A stretch of 64,000 nucleotides of DNA from an uncultured Gammaproteobacteria bacterium. Its GTDB lineage: Bacteria > Pseudomonadota > Gammaproteobacteria > SZUA-229. Below, piece after piece: positions 21,943 through 30,210 of the stretch. The stretch is taken from contig CAWECN010000011.1 of assembly GCA_963807625.1 (NCBI GenBank), positions 114,883 to 178,882 on the forward strand, in the 5' to 3' direction. Within the stretch, counting starts at the first letter, position 1. Every line of letters begins with the position of its first letter. Under the pieces are notes generated by a model. The model searched no databases and had not been told where the DNA came from. It saw nothing but the letters and a program-made list of their open reading frames with translations. A program made the translations under genes and the position numbers.

Positions 21943-22551
21943 ATGAACAAGCTGATATCTCTAGGCTGCAAGGCGCAGTCACTGCTCGACGCGACACGCG
22001 CTGTGGATTTTTTAGGTCCCCTAGCACTTAGAATATATCTCGCACCTATATTTATCCTTGCCGGCTGGGGAAAGCTTAAGGACCTGGATAGTACTGCATA
22101 TTATTTTGGTGAGTACCTGGGTATGCCATTTCCCGATCTGATGGCTTTCCTCGCCGGCTCAACAGAGTTTTTCGGTGGCATCGCCATACTCGTCGGCATC
22201 GCGACTCGCTGGATATCAGTACCACTGATGGTCACCATGATCGTCGCCGCGGTTACCGCACACTGGAGTAATGGCTGGCACGCACTTCCAGAAACAACGC
22301 TTACCGTCCCATGGGAATGGCGTACAGATCTGATCGACGCTGCCCAGGAAAGGAAAGAGATAGCCGGGTCTATCCTCGAAGAGCACGGCAATATAAACTG
22401 GTTAACAGAAGCCGGCAGCTTCACCGTACTTAAAAATGGTATCGAGTTTGCTGCAACCTATTTTATAATGCTATTAACGCTCTTCTTTACCGGCGCGGGC
22501 AAAGCGAGTATTGATCATATCTTCAATAGAAAATTTAACGGCTGCCACTAA
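21943..22551 (+). CDS. DoxX family membrane protein (MNIO-associated)
   Basis: LALRIYLAPIFILAGWGK, TEFFGGIAILVGIATRW, HWSNGW, NGIEFAATY, GAGKASID. Confidence 0.88.
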   Translation: MNKLISLGCKAQSLLDATRAVDFLGPLALRIYLAPIFILAGWGKLKDLDSTAYYFGEYLGMPFPDLMAFLAGSTEFFGGIAILVGIATRWISVPLMVTMIVAAVTAHWSNGWHALPETTLTVPWEWRTDLIDAAQERKEIAGSILEEHGNINWLTEAGSFTVLKNGIEFAATYFIMLLTLFFTGAGKASIDHIFNRKFNGCH

Positions 22552-22573
22552 GAGAAACTTTTAAGGAAAGAAC

Positions 22574-23437
22574 ATGAACGATGAACAATACCCTGTATCC
22601 GGTGCCGGTCTTGGCCTGCGCAGAGAAAAACTGGATGAGATGCTCGAGTATGACCTGTCGCCAGTAAATTTTATGGAAGTGGCACCAGAGAACTGGATCA
22701 ATGTCGGCGGCACCTTCGGCAGGAAGTTCAGGCAGTTCACTGAAAAGTACGATTTCGTCTGTCACGGCCTCTCGTTATCGATCGGTAGCCCGGCACCCCT
22801 GGACGAAGATTTCGTCAGGGCAATCGGCGAGTTCATGAAGACACATGGCGTCAAACATTATTCTGAACACCTCACCTACTGCTCAGATGATGGCCACCTG
22901 TATGACCTGCTCCCCATCCCTTTTACTGAAGAAGCCGTCCATTATGTAGCTGAACGTATCCGGCGAGTACAGGATATCCTGCAACAGGAAATATCAATGG
23001 AGAATGCTTCCTATTATACGCCTGCTCCTGGCAAAGAGATGGCAGAGATAGAGTTCTTAAATGCCGTACTGGAAGAAGCTGATTGCGGTTTATTGCTCGA
23101 TGTAAACAATATCTATGTCAACTCGGTGAACCATGATTATGACCCGATCGAGTTTTTAAAACAGCTGCCTGCCGAACGTATCCGTTACGCGCATATCGCA
23201 GGACACTATAACGAAGATGAAGACCTGATCGTTGATACCCACGGTGCAGATGTGATCAACCCGGTGTGGGACATACTCGATAAAGCTTATGAATATTTCG
23301 GCGTATTCCCGACTTTGCTGGAACGCGATTTTAATATCCCTGCCGTACCTGAGCTATTGAAAGAAGTACAGCAGATTGCTGACACACAGGAAAGATGGCA
23401 GGATTCACAGGCAGCCCGATTGAAAGTGAAGGCGTAA
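22574..23437 (+). CDS. Multinuclear non-heme iron oxidase (MNIO, DUF692; HvfB/BufB-like)
   Basis: GLGLRR, EVAPENW, HGLSLSIG, YSEHL, DLLP, MENASYY, LLDVNNIYVN, HIAGH, DTHG, LLERDFN. Confidence 0.95.
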   Translation: MNDEQYPVSGAGLGLRREKLDEMLEYDLSPVNFMEVAPENWINVGGTFGRKFRQFTEKYDFVCHGLSLSIGSPAPLDEDFVRAIGEFMKTHGVKHYSEHLTYCSDDGHLYDLLPIPFTEEAVHYVAERIRRVQDILQQEISMENASYYTPAPGKEMAEIEFLNAVLEEADCGLLLDVNNIYVNSVNHDYDPIEFLKQLPAERIRYAHIAGHYNEDEDLIVDTHGADVINPVWDILDKAYEYFGVFPTLLERDFNIPAVPELLKEVQQIADTQERWQDSQAARLKVKA

Positions 23438-23443
23438 CCGGCG

Positions 23444-24208
23444 ATGAGCATACCTGCATTCAAAAAACACCAGTACGAGTTTACTGCGCATATCCGTAAC
23501 CCCGGTGAGAACAAGATACCTGACGGCATCGAAGATCGCCGTATGGGAATTTACCGGGAGCTGCTGTATAACAATGTAGAAGGTTTTATCGCCAGCGGCT
23601 TCCCGGTGTTGCGTGACATATACGACGACGATAACTGGCATAAGATGGTACGTGATTTTTTTGCCAACCATCAGAGTACGTCACCCTACTTCCTGGAGAT
23701 ATCCCAGGAGTTTATCGATTACCTGCAAAATGAAAGACAAGCACAGCCTGGTGATCCGGCTGGACTGGTCGAACTTGCACACTATGAATGGGTAGAACTG
23801 GCATTACATGTATCCGACGAAAACATCAGCATGGATAATATCGAGGCCAACGGAGACCTCCTCAGTAGACACCCGGTATTCTCGCCACTTGCCTGGCCAC
23901 TGGTCTACCAGTTCCCCGTTCACACCATGGGATCAGGCAACTTGCCGGAAGCAGCACCGGAACAGCCGACCTACCTGGTGGTTTACCGAAATAGAAATGA
24001 CAAGGTAAATTTCCTGGAGATCAACCCGGTCACGGCCCGCTTGATCAGCCTGTTACAGGAAAACGATTCTTACACAGGCATCGATGCGATCGAACATATC
24101 AGTAAAGAGATGAACCACCCTAACCCGGAAATCGTAAAACAGGGTGGCCTGGCAGCACTACAGGAACTGCAACAGTACGGCATTATCCTGGGTACAAAAT
24201 GCAACTGA
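23444..24208 (+). CDS. DUF2063 MNIO partner protein (HvfC/BufC-like)
   Basis: QYEFTAHIRNP, RRMGIYRELLYNN, FPVLR, SPYFLEISQEF, ELAHYEWVELAL. Confidence 0.92.
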   Translation: MSIPAFKKHQYEFTAHIRNPGENKIPDGIEDRRMGIYRELLYNNVEGFIASGFPVLRDIYDDDNWHKMVRDFFANHQSTSPYFLEISQEFIDYLQNERQAQPGDPAGLVELAHYEWVELALHVSDENISMDNIEANGDLLSRHPVFSPLAWPLVYQFPVHTMGSGNLPEAAPEQPTYLVVYRNRNDKVNFLEINPVTARLISLLQENDSYTGIDAIEHISKEMNHPNPEIVKQGGLAALQELQQYGIILGTKCN

Positions 24209-24411
24209 TACCATTTACTGTAATCCTCAGCTTCGGATTAACTGCTTGCACTACGCAAAACTGGTATCAGGGTGCACAATCTGCTCAAACCGCGCATTGT
24301 ATGAAAGAACCATTACCGGAATACGAAGAATGCATCAAACAGTCTGAAGGCAATTACGAAAGCTACAGATATGAGAGGGAACAACTTATCGAAGAAAACA
24401 GGCCTGATTGA
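24199..24411 (+). CDS. Small putative lipoprotein
   Basis: Lipobox-like GLTAC, then NWYQG and a C-x10-C pair; start overlaps the DUF2063 stop. Confidence 0.6.
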   Translation: MQLIPFTVILSFGLTACTTQNWYQGAQSAQTAHCMKEPLPEYEECIKQSEGNYESYRYEREQLIEENRPD

Positions 24412-24474
24412 ACTGGCAGTGCATAGACCGATCGATTTGTATTCATTCAGACAATTAAAAAATATCCGGGTAAT

Positions 24475-24687
24475 CTATTCAGAAAATTCTGACTGTTTCT
24501 CACGGAACACTTCTTTAAAGAAAATCATGCCCGGGCAGATACCGGTCACTGCAGAGATCAGAAAAAACGAGGCGGGAAGATACAGGACCCAGTGAACGAC
24601 GTCGAATCCAGTCAACCAGATCCCTGTCCACAAAACGAGGCCGGCAAAAAGAAAAAAAGCCTTCATCGATAATTCCATCTTGTCCAT
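24475..24687 (-). CDS. Small membrane protein (DUF2892-like, GICPG motif)
   Basis: GAGG RBS before ATG 24687; two hydrophobic helices ending AVTGICPG. Confidence 0.6.
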   Translation of the reverse strand: MDKMELSMKAFFLFAGLVLWTGIWLTGFDVVHWVLYLPASFFLISAVTGICPGMIFFKEVFREKQSEFSE

Positions 24688-24763
24688 GTTCAACACCTCT
24701 ATATTTTTGCTTAACCGCAAAGACAATAAAAATCACCGGTTTATCCAAAAAAAAACTAAAAAA

Positions 24764-25204
24764 TCATGTGAATAACTGCTGCCACCAGCGCTGTCGGTTT
24801 TTCGGCGGATTTAGCGCTTCTTCTAGCTCAACCGGTTGAATCCTCGACAGGATCCAGCCGGGTAATGGCGGATTGTCACTGAAGCCACAGGTGACACCCA
24901 GGTTATTCGGATCAAAGATCTTAATGAACTCAGGTGCTTCCTTATTATCGATATAGACGATGCCACAATAATCCTCGTCATGCTCCTTGTGTAACAGCTC
25001 ATCGATGCGGTCGATAAAATTCAACAGCTGTGTTTTTCCTGCGGTGCTCTCGGGTGGCGCCTCACCAACAGCATAGATATACCAATGATCGTCAGCATGC
25101 TCTTTTAACACCTGCCAGAATTCATCCAGGTCAGGCCAGCGCATAGTAGATGTAAAGTTACTTCTAAATGCTGATATATAAGCTTCTTTAATCGACTGAT
25201 CCAC
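24764..25204 (-). CDS. Conserved hypothetical protein
   Basis: 146 aa, WYIYAVGE...EHDEDYCGIVYID..P..IKIFDPNNLGVTCG; downstream of the TetR gene. Confidence 0.75.
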   Translation of the reverse strand: MDQSIKEAYISAFRSNFTSTMRWPDLDEFWQVLKEHADDHWYIYAVGEAPPESTAGKTQLLNFIDRIDELLHKEHDEDYCGIVYIDNKEAPEFIKIFDPNNLGVTCGFSDNPPLPGWILSRIQPVELEEALNPPKNRQRWWQQLFT

Positions 25205-25258
25205 GACGGCTACCTCGAACGGTTGGGTATTGATTATTCATACACATACGACCACAGG

Positions 25259-25831
25259 CTAATTCATGGTTTTAGAGTTTATCCAGTCTTTGATATCCCG
25301 ATGGCTTCGTTCGATAAAGTCGGCATCCTTGAATGCACATGCCATCACGGTGGCGCCCTGCATCTTGGCTAACAGGTCCATAGCAAGGTCGTCTGCATTA
25401 GCGAGACCCAGTGTTTCAAACTGACTTTTGACCCAGTCGCGTAACAGGACAAACGCCTGTCGTGACATCTCATGCAACTCGGTTTCATCTTTTGCCAGCT
25501 CCGAACTCAGACTACCAATCGGGCAGCCTGACTGAATGACATCGTCACGTTTATGATCCAGCATATTACTGAACAATAGCAGACGTTCCCGGGCATCATC
25601 GGTTTCAGCCTCGCACTGGTTCAACATGGTCGAAAGCTCAGTGATGCGAGAGTTGACCACCGCATCCAGAATCTCATCCTTAGTTTTAAAATAGTAATAG
25701 AAGTTACCTCGTGGTATCCCGGTGGCCTCTGAGATATCCTGGAAAGAGGTCTGGTTATACCCCCGCCTGTAAAAAAGGTTATCTGCGGCATCGATGATAC
25801 GTTGACGATTACCTTCACCTTTAGTGCCCAT
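25259..25831 (-). CDS. TetR/AcrR family transcriptional regulator
   Basis: HTH GYNQTSFQDISEATGIPRGNFYYYFKTKDEIL; C-terminal SGCPIGSL. Confidence 0.93.
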   Translation of the reverse strand: MGTKGEGNRQRIIDAADNLFYRRGYNQTSFQDISEATGIPRGNFYYYFKTKDEILDAVVNSRITELSTMLNQCEAETDDARERLLLFSNMLDHKRDDVIQSGCPIGSLSSELAKDETELHEMSRQAFVLLRDWVKSQFETLGLANADDLAMDLLAKMQGATVMACAFKDADFIERSHRDIKDWINSKTMN

Positions 25832-25998
25832 AATACTTACCCACTACTATTGAAAACAACGAAACCACCTGTATTAGCTATATAGTTACAAAAATAACCA
25901 TTGAAGTAAATTATTAGACGGTCGTATTACTAATGCGAATACTGTAACATCACAGCCCGTTAAATGACAACTTAAATAATCACCCTACAGATACCAAA

Positions 25999-26937
25999 TT
26001 GAACGCTTTATACATTAAAAATCTTCAAAAAACCTATAAAAACGGTGTTAATGCACTTAAAGGTGTCGATCTTACGGTAAAAGAAGGTGATTTTTTTGCA
26101 CTACTCGGGCCCAATGGAGCTGGAAAATCGACAGCGATAGGCATCGTTTGCTCACTGGTGAACAAATCATCAGGACAGGTCGAAGTATTTGGCAAAAGTC
26201 TGGACAAGGATTCAGCCGACGTACGTATGCACATCGGCCTGGTACCGCAGGAGTTCAACTTCAATATCTTTGAACCGGTGGGCGAGATTCTCATCAACCA
26301 GGCGGGTTATTACGGTATCGACCGTAAAGAAGCGACAGAACGTGCTGAAATTTACCTGAAACAACTCGACCTCTGGGAAAAACGCTTTGATATGGCAAAA
26401 GAGCTGTCCGGTGGCATGAAACGTCGCCTGATGATCGCCCGCGCCCTGATGCACCGCCCCAAGCTGCTTATCCTGGACGAACCCACCGCAGGCGTCGATA
26501 TCGAGATACGCTACTCCATGTGGCAGTTCTTAAAGAAGGTCAACGCCGAAGGCACTACCATCATCCTGACCACACATTACCTGGAAGAAGCCGAAAGCCT
26601 GTGTAACAACATCGCCATCATCGACAAGGGTATCACCATCGAACAGACCCAGATGCGTACATTGCTGGACCGGCTTCACATAGAAACATTTATCTTATAT
26701 CTCACCGACAAGATTGAGACATTACCCGATTGCGGTGAATACTCGGTAAGACTGGTCGATCAAGAAACACTGGAAGTCGATATAAACCAGCAGCAGAGCA
26801 TCAGTGATATCTTTCACACCCTGAGAGAGTGCGGCATCGAGGTCGTCAGTATGAAAAATAAAACAAACAGGTTAGAACAACTGTTTATCTCGATGATGAA
26901 TAATAAAAATGGTGATATAGATGAGGCGGCACACTAG
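25999..26937 (+). CDS. ABC-2 transporter ATP-binding protein (YadG-like)
   Basis: GPNGAGKST, LSGGMKRRLMIA, LILDEPTAGVD; TTG start. Confidence 0.92.
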   Translation: MNALYIKNLQKTYKNGVNALKGVDLTVKEGDFFALLGPNGAGKSTAIGIVCSLVNKSSGQVEVFGKSLDKDSADVRMHIGLVPQEFNFNIFEPVGEILINQAGYYGIDRKEATERAEIYLKQLDLWEKRFDMAKELSGGMKRRLMIARALMHRPKLLILDEPTAGVDIEIRYSMWQFLKKVNAEGTTIILTTHYLEEAESLCNNIAIIDKGITIEQTQMRTLLDRLHIETFILYLTDKIETLPDCGEYSVRLVDQETLEVDINQQQSISDIFHTLRECGIEVVSMKNKTNRLEQLFISMMNNKNGDIDEAAH

Positions 26938-27711
26938 ATGAATTTCTCACAACAGATGGTCGCCCTGAAAACGATCACCATAAAAGAATATCTGCGCTTC
27001 ATCCGAATATGGATACAGACGATACTTCCACCAGCGATCACCATCGCACTCTATTTCATCATTTTTGGAGAGATCATCGGCAGTCAGATACAGGATATCA
27101 ATGGTTATAAATACATGGACTACATCGTACCCGGGCTGATCCTGATGGCGGTGATCACTAACTCCTACGCCAACGTGGTATCGTCTTTCTTCAGTTCCAA
27201 GTTCCACCACAGTGTCGAAGAAATGCTGGTATCACCGCTGCCTAACTACATCATCCTGCTCGGCTTTGTTTCTGGCGGAATGGCCAGGGGCATTATCGTT
27301 GGTTTTGTCGCCACCGCGGTATCGATGTTCTTCGCCGATATACAGATACACAACTATGCCGTCACCCTATCAGTCTTTATCCTGACCTCGATACTGTTCG
27401 CCCTGGCCGGTTTCATCAATGCGGCCTATGCCAGGAGCTTCGATGACATCACCATCATCCCGACCTTCGTATTGACGCCGATGATCTATCTCGGTGGTGT
27501 CTTTTACTCGATAAAGATGCTGCCTGAATTCTGGCAGACCATTTCACTGATCAACCCTATCCTGTATATGGTGAATGCATTCCACTATGGCATACTCGGG
27601 GTAAGTGATATCGATGTAACCACAGCATTTGTAATAATCATCGCGTTTATTATCGTGCTGTTTTACTTTGCACTGCGACTGTTGAGAATTGGAGTTGGGT
27701 TAAAGCCTTAA
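26938..27711 (+). CDS. ABC-2 transporter permease (YadH-like)
   Basis: RIWIQTILPP, YMDYIVPGLILMAVITNSYANVVSSFF, TPMIYLGGVFYSI. Confidence 0.92.
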   Translation: MNFSQQMVALKTITIKEYLRFIRIWIQTILPPAITIALYFIIFGEIIGSQIQDINGYKYMDYIVPGLILMAVITNSYANVVSSFFSSKFHHSVEEMLVSPLPNYIILLGFVSGGMARGIIVGFVATAVSMFFADIQIHNYAVTLSVFILTSILFALAGFINAAYARSFDDITIIPTFVLTPMIYLGGVFYSIKMLPEFWQTISLINPILYMVNAFHYGILGVSDIDVTTAFVIIIAFIIVLFYFALRLLRIGVGLKP

Positions 27712-27749
27712 CAAACAGCCTTTAAAACCGCGGTTAAACATGTCGGCAA

Positions 27750-27771
27750 ATCGCGGATTGTAATCCGCGAT
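27750..27771. repeat. Perfect inverted repeat between convergent genes
   Basis: ATCGCGGATT-GT-AATCCGCGAT; no U-tract. Confidence 0.6.
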
Positions 27772-27793
27772 CACTCTGGAATATAAGGCAACC

Positions 27794-28315
27794 CTATTTC
27801 TTTAAGACAGGCTCTCTAAGCACCGTAACATTCTTCTGCAACAACTGGTAACCACCAAAGATAACAGCGACGAACACCAGGTTACCCAATAAAGAATTCT
27901 GGAAGAAAGGAATACCTGCCACATAAGCCTGCATCAAGCCTTCTGCAGATTTAGCATACAGCCCCGACGTCAGCCACGCGCCGAGATTCGTCAGCAGGAA
28001 GAACAGCACTGAAGCAAGCACGGTGGCAAAAGCGGTATTCGTCAATGTCACCCTGTCTTTCAACAGGAAACCGATAGCGACGGTCAGTGCAAACCCGGCG
28101 TAAACGAAAATCATCGAGTTATGCAGACCAAGTACGAGGTCACTTAAAAACAAAGCCAGAAATGGAACGATGAATGCTATACGCCTATCGGCAAAGTATG
28201 CACCGCCGAACAGCGCCATGGCAGCTACCGGTGAAACGTTAGGCAGGTGCGGCAATAAACGAAAGATTGCTAATGCAAATATTATGGCTGAAATTGTAAA
28301 CAGTTTTGCACGCAT
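27794..28315 (-). CDS. DUF6580-like putative membrane transport protein
   Basis: RLLPHLPNVSPVAAMALFGGAYF, FFLLTNLGAW, YVAGIPFF.N.LLG; about 5 TM segments. ATG 28315 with GAGG RBS. Confidence 0.75.
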   Translation of the reverse strand: MRAKLFTISAIIFALAIFRLLPHLPNVSPVAAMALFGGAYFADRRIAFIVPFLALFLSDLVLGLHNSMIFVYAGFALTVAIGFLLKDRVTLTNTAFATVLASVLFFLLTNLGAWLTSGLYAKSAEGLMQAYVAGIPFFQNSLLGNLVFVAVIFGGYQLLQKNVTVLREPVLKK

Positions 28316-28516
28316 GCTGGAAACCTCTGGATTAATAATGGCGCTAATCTTACCACAGAGACAGCTGTTGGCAGTAATCATCAGCTACTTTCGACAGACT
28401 TAATCCCCCTGCTTTATGTTGTAATCACCATGTTGATTGAACTAATATGACCAGCATATCTCATAAATAATAACAATAACCCATGCCCGGTTCCTGAAGC
28501 CAGCGATATAAAAACT

Positions 28517-30169
28517 ATGAAAGCATCCGATCTGTTCGTAAAGTGTTTAGAAGAAGAGGGCATCGAATACATCTTCGGTGTACCTGGTGAAGAGAATGCT
28601 GACTTCATGATCTCGCTGGAAAAATCAGAGAAGATCAAGTTCATCCTCACCCGCCACGAACAGGGTGCGGCTTTTATGGCAGAGATCTACGGCCGCCTCA
28701 CCGGCAACGCCGCCGGCTGTCTCGGCACACTCGGCCCCGGTGCCACCAACCTGATCACCGGCGTGGCTGATGCCAATATGGACCGAGCACCACTGCTGGC
28801 ACTTACCGGTCAGGGCTCATCTCAACGCCTGCATAAAGAATCACATCAGATCATGGACGTAGTAGAAATGTTTGGCCCGGTCACCAAGTGGGCGACCAGC
28901 GTTATCCACCAGGACAACATTCCGGAAATCATCCGTAAAGCAATCCGTGTTGCCCGATCAGAAAAGCCCGGCGCAGTGCATATAGAATTACCGGAAGACA
29001 TCGCCAAACTGCAGACCACCACCAAACCTTTACAACCACAACGTTTCAGACGCGCAGTCACCGATGACAAGATCATCGATAAAGCATTTGAAGTATTGAA
29101 ACAGGCCAAACACCCGGTCATCCTCGCTGGCAATGGCTGTATCCGCCGACGCGCTAGCAAACAGCTACGTCTGTTTTGCGAAGCAACCGGCATCGGTGTC
29201 ATCAACACCTTTATGGCAAAAGGCTGCGTCGATATGGACGCGGATTACTGCATGTACACCATCGGCCTGCAGGCAAGAGATGTGGTCGCCTGCGCACTGG
29301 AAGCCGCCGATGTAGTCCTGGCCCTGGGATACGACATGGTTGAATACCACCCTAACCTGTGGAACAAGGATGGTGAGCGGCATATCATCCATGCTGATTT
29401 TCAACCAGCAGAGATCGATTCTGACTACCACCCCGAAACCGAACTGGTCGGTGACCTCGCGCATACCTTATGGATGTTAAATGAACGTGTCGCAGCCAAC
29501 GGCGGCTTAACATTTGACCACTCACACCAGGTCGCCACCCGTCGCAGCATGCAGCACGAAATAGCCATGCATAAAGATGACGACACGCAAGGCTCTATCC
29601 GTCCGCAAAAAGTACTCTGGGACTGTCGCCAGGTGATGGGACCAGATGATATTTTATTGTCCGATGTCGGCGCCCACAAGATGTGGATTGCCAGGCAGTA
29701 CCAGTGTCATGAACCCAATACCTGCCTAATCCCCAACGGCTTTTGCTCGATGGGTTTCGCCCTGCCCGGCGCGATATCCGCAGCGCTGGTTCACCCGGAG
29801 AGACGGATCCTTTCGATATCCGGAGACGCCGGTTACCTGATGAACGTGCAGGAGATGGAGACTGCCAAACGCCTGAACACAAACATCGTCACCATGGTAT
29901 GGGAAGATCACGCCTATGGTTTAATCGCGTGGAAACAGGAGAACGAATTTGGCAAACATACCGACCTGTCCTTCGGTAACCCCGACTGGCTGAAACTGGC
30001 AGAAGCTTTTGGCTGGTCTGGCCACAAAGTGGAAAACAGCAGAGACCTGGTCGACACGCTGGAGAAAGCCTTCGACGAAGAAGGCCCTAGCCTGGTAGTG
30101 ATACCGATCGACTACCGTGAAAACATGATACTGACAGAGCGGCTTGGCAACATCGCCTGCCCTATATAA
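28517..30169 (+). CDS. ThDP-dependent enzyme, acetolactate synthase-like (possibly 2-oxoglutarate decarboxylase OgdA-type)
   Basis: FGVPGEEN, TRHEQGAAFMA, TLGPGATN, SDVGAHKMW, SMGFALP, ThDP motif GDAG...WED. Confidence 0.88.
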   Translation: MKASDLFVKCLEEEGIEYIFGVPGEENADFMISLEKSEKIKFILTRHEQGAAFMAEIYGRLTGNAAGCLGTLGPGATNLITGVADANMDRAPLLALTGQGSSQRLHKESHQIMDVVEMFGPVTKWATSVIHQDNIPEIIRKAIRVARSEKPGAVHIELPEDIAKLQTTTKPLQPQRFRRAVTDDKIIDKAFEVLKQAKHPVILAGNGCIRRRASKQLRLFCEATGIGVINTFMAKGCVDMDADYCMYTIGLQARDVVACALEAADVVLALGYDMVEYHPNLWNKDGERHIIHADFQPAEIDSDYHPETELVGDLAHTLWMLNERVAANGGLTFDHSHQVATRRSMQHEIAMHKDDDTQGSIRPQKVLWDCRQVMGPDDILLSDVGAHKMWIARQYQCHEPNTCLIPNGFCSMGFALPGAISAALVHPERRILSISGDAGYLMNVQEMETAKRLNTNIVTMVWEDHAYGLIAWKQENEFGKHTDLSFGNPDWLKLAEAFGWSGHKVENSRDLVDTLEKAFDEEGPSLVVIPIDYRENMILTERLGNIACPI

Positions 30170-30210
30170 AAGACTTTCCACAAAGGCAAAGAGTTCACAG
30201 AGAGAAGATA

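Noticed and set aside
25910-25935. TAGACGGTCGTATTA as a TetR (NemR-like) operator
   Set aside because: Only one convincing half-site; the symmetry is too weak to call.
28316-28516. Riboswitch upstream of the DUF6580-like gene
   Set aside because: No B12-box, TPP or FMN consensus elements are visible on the minus strand.
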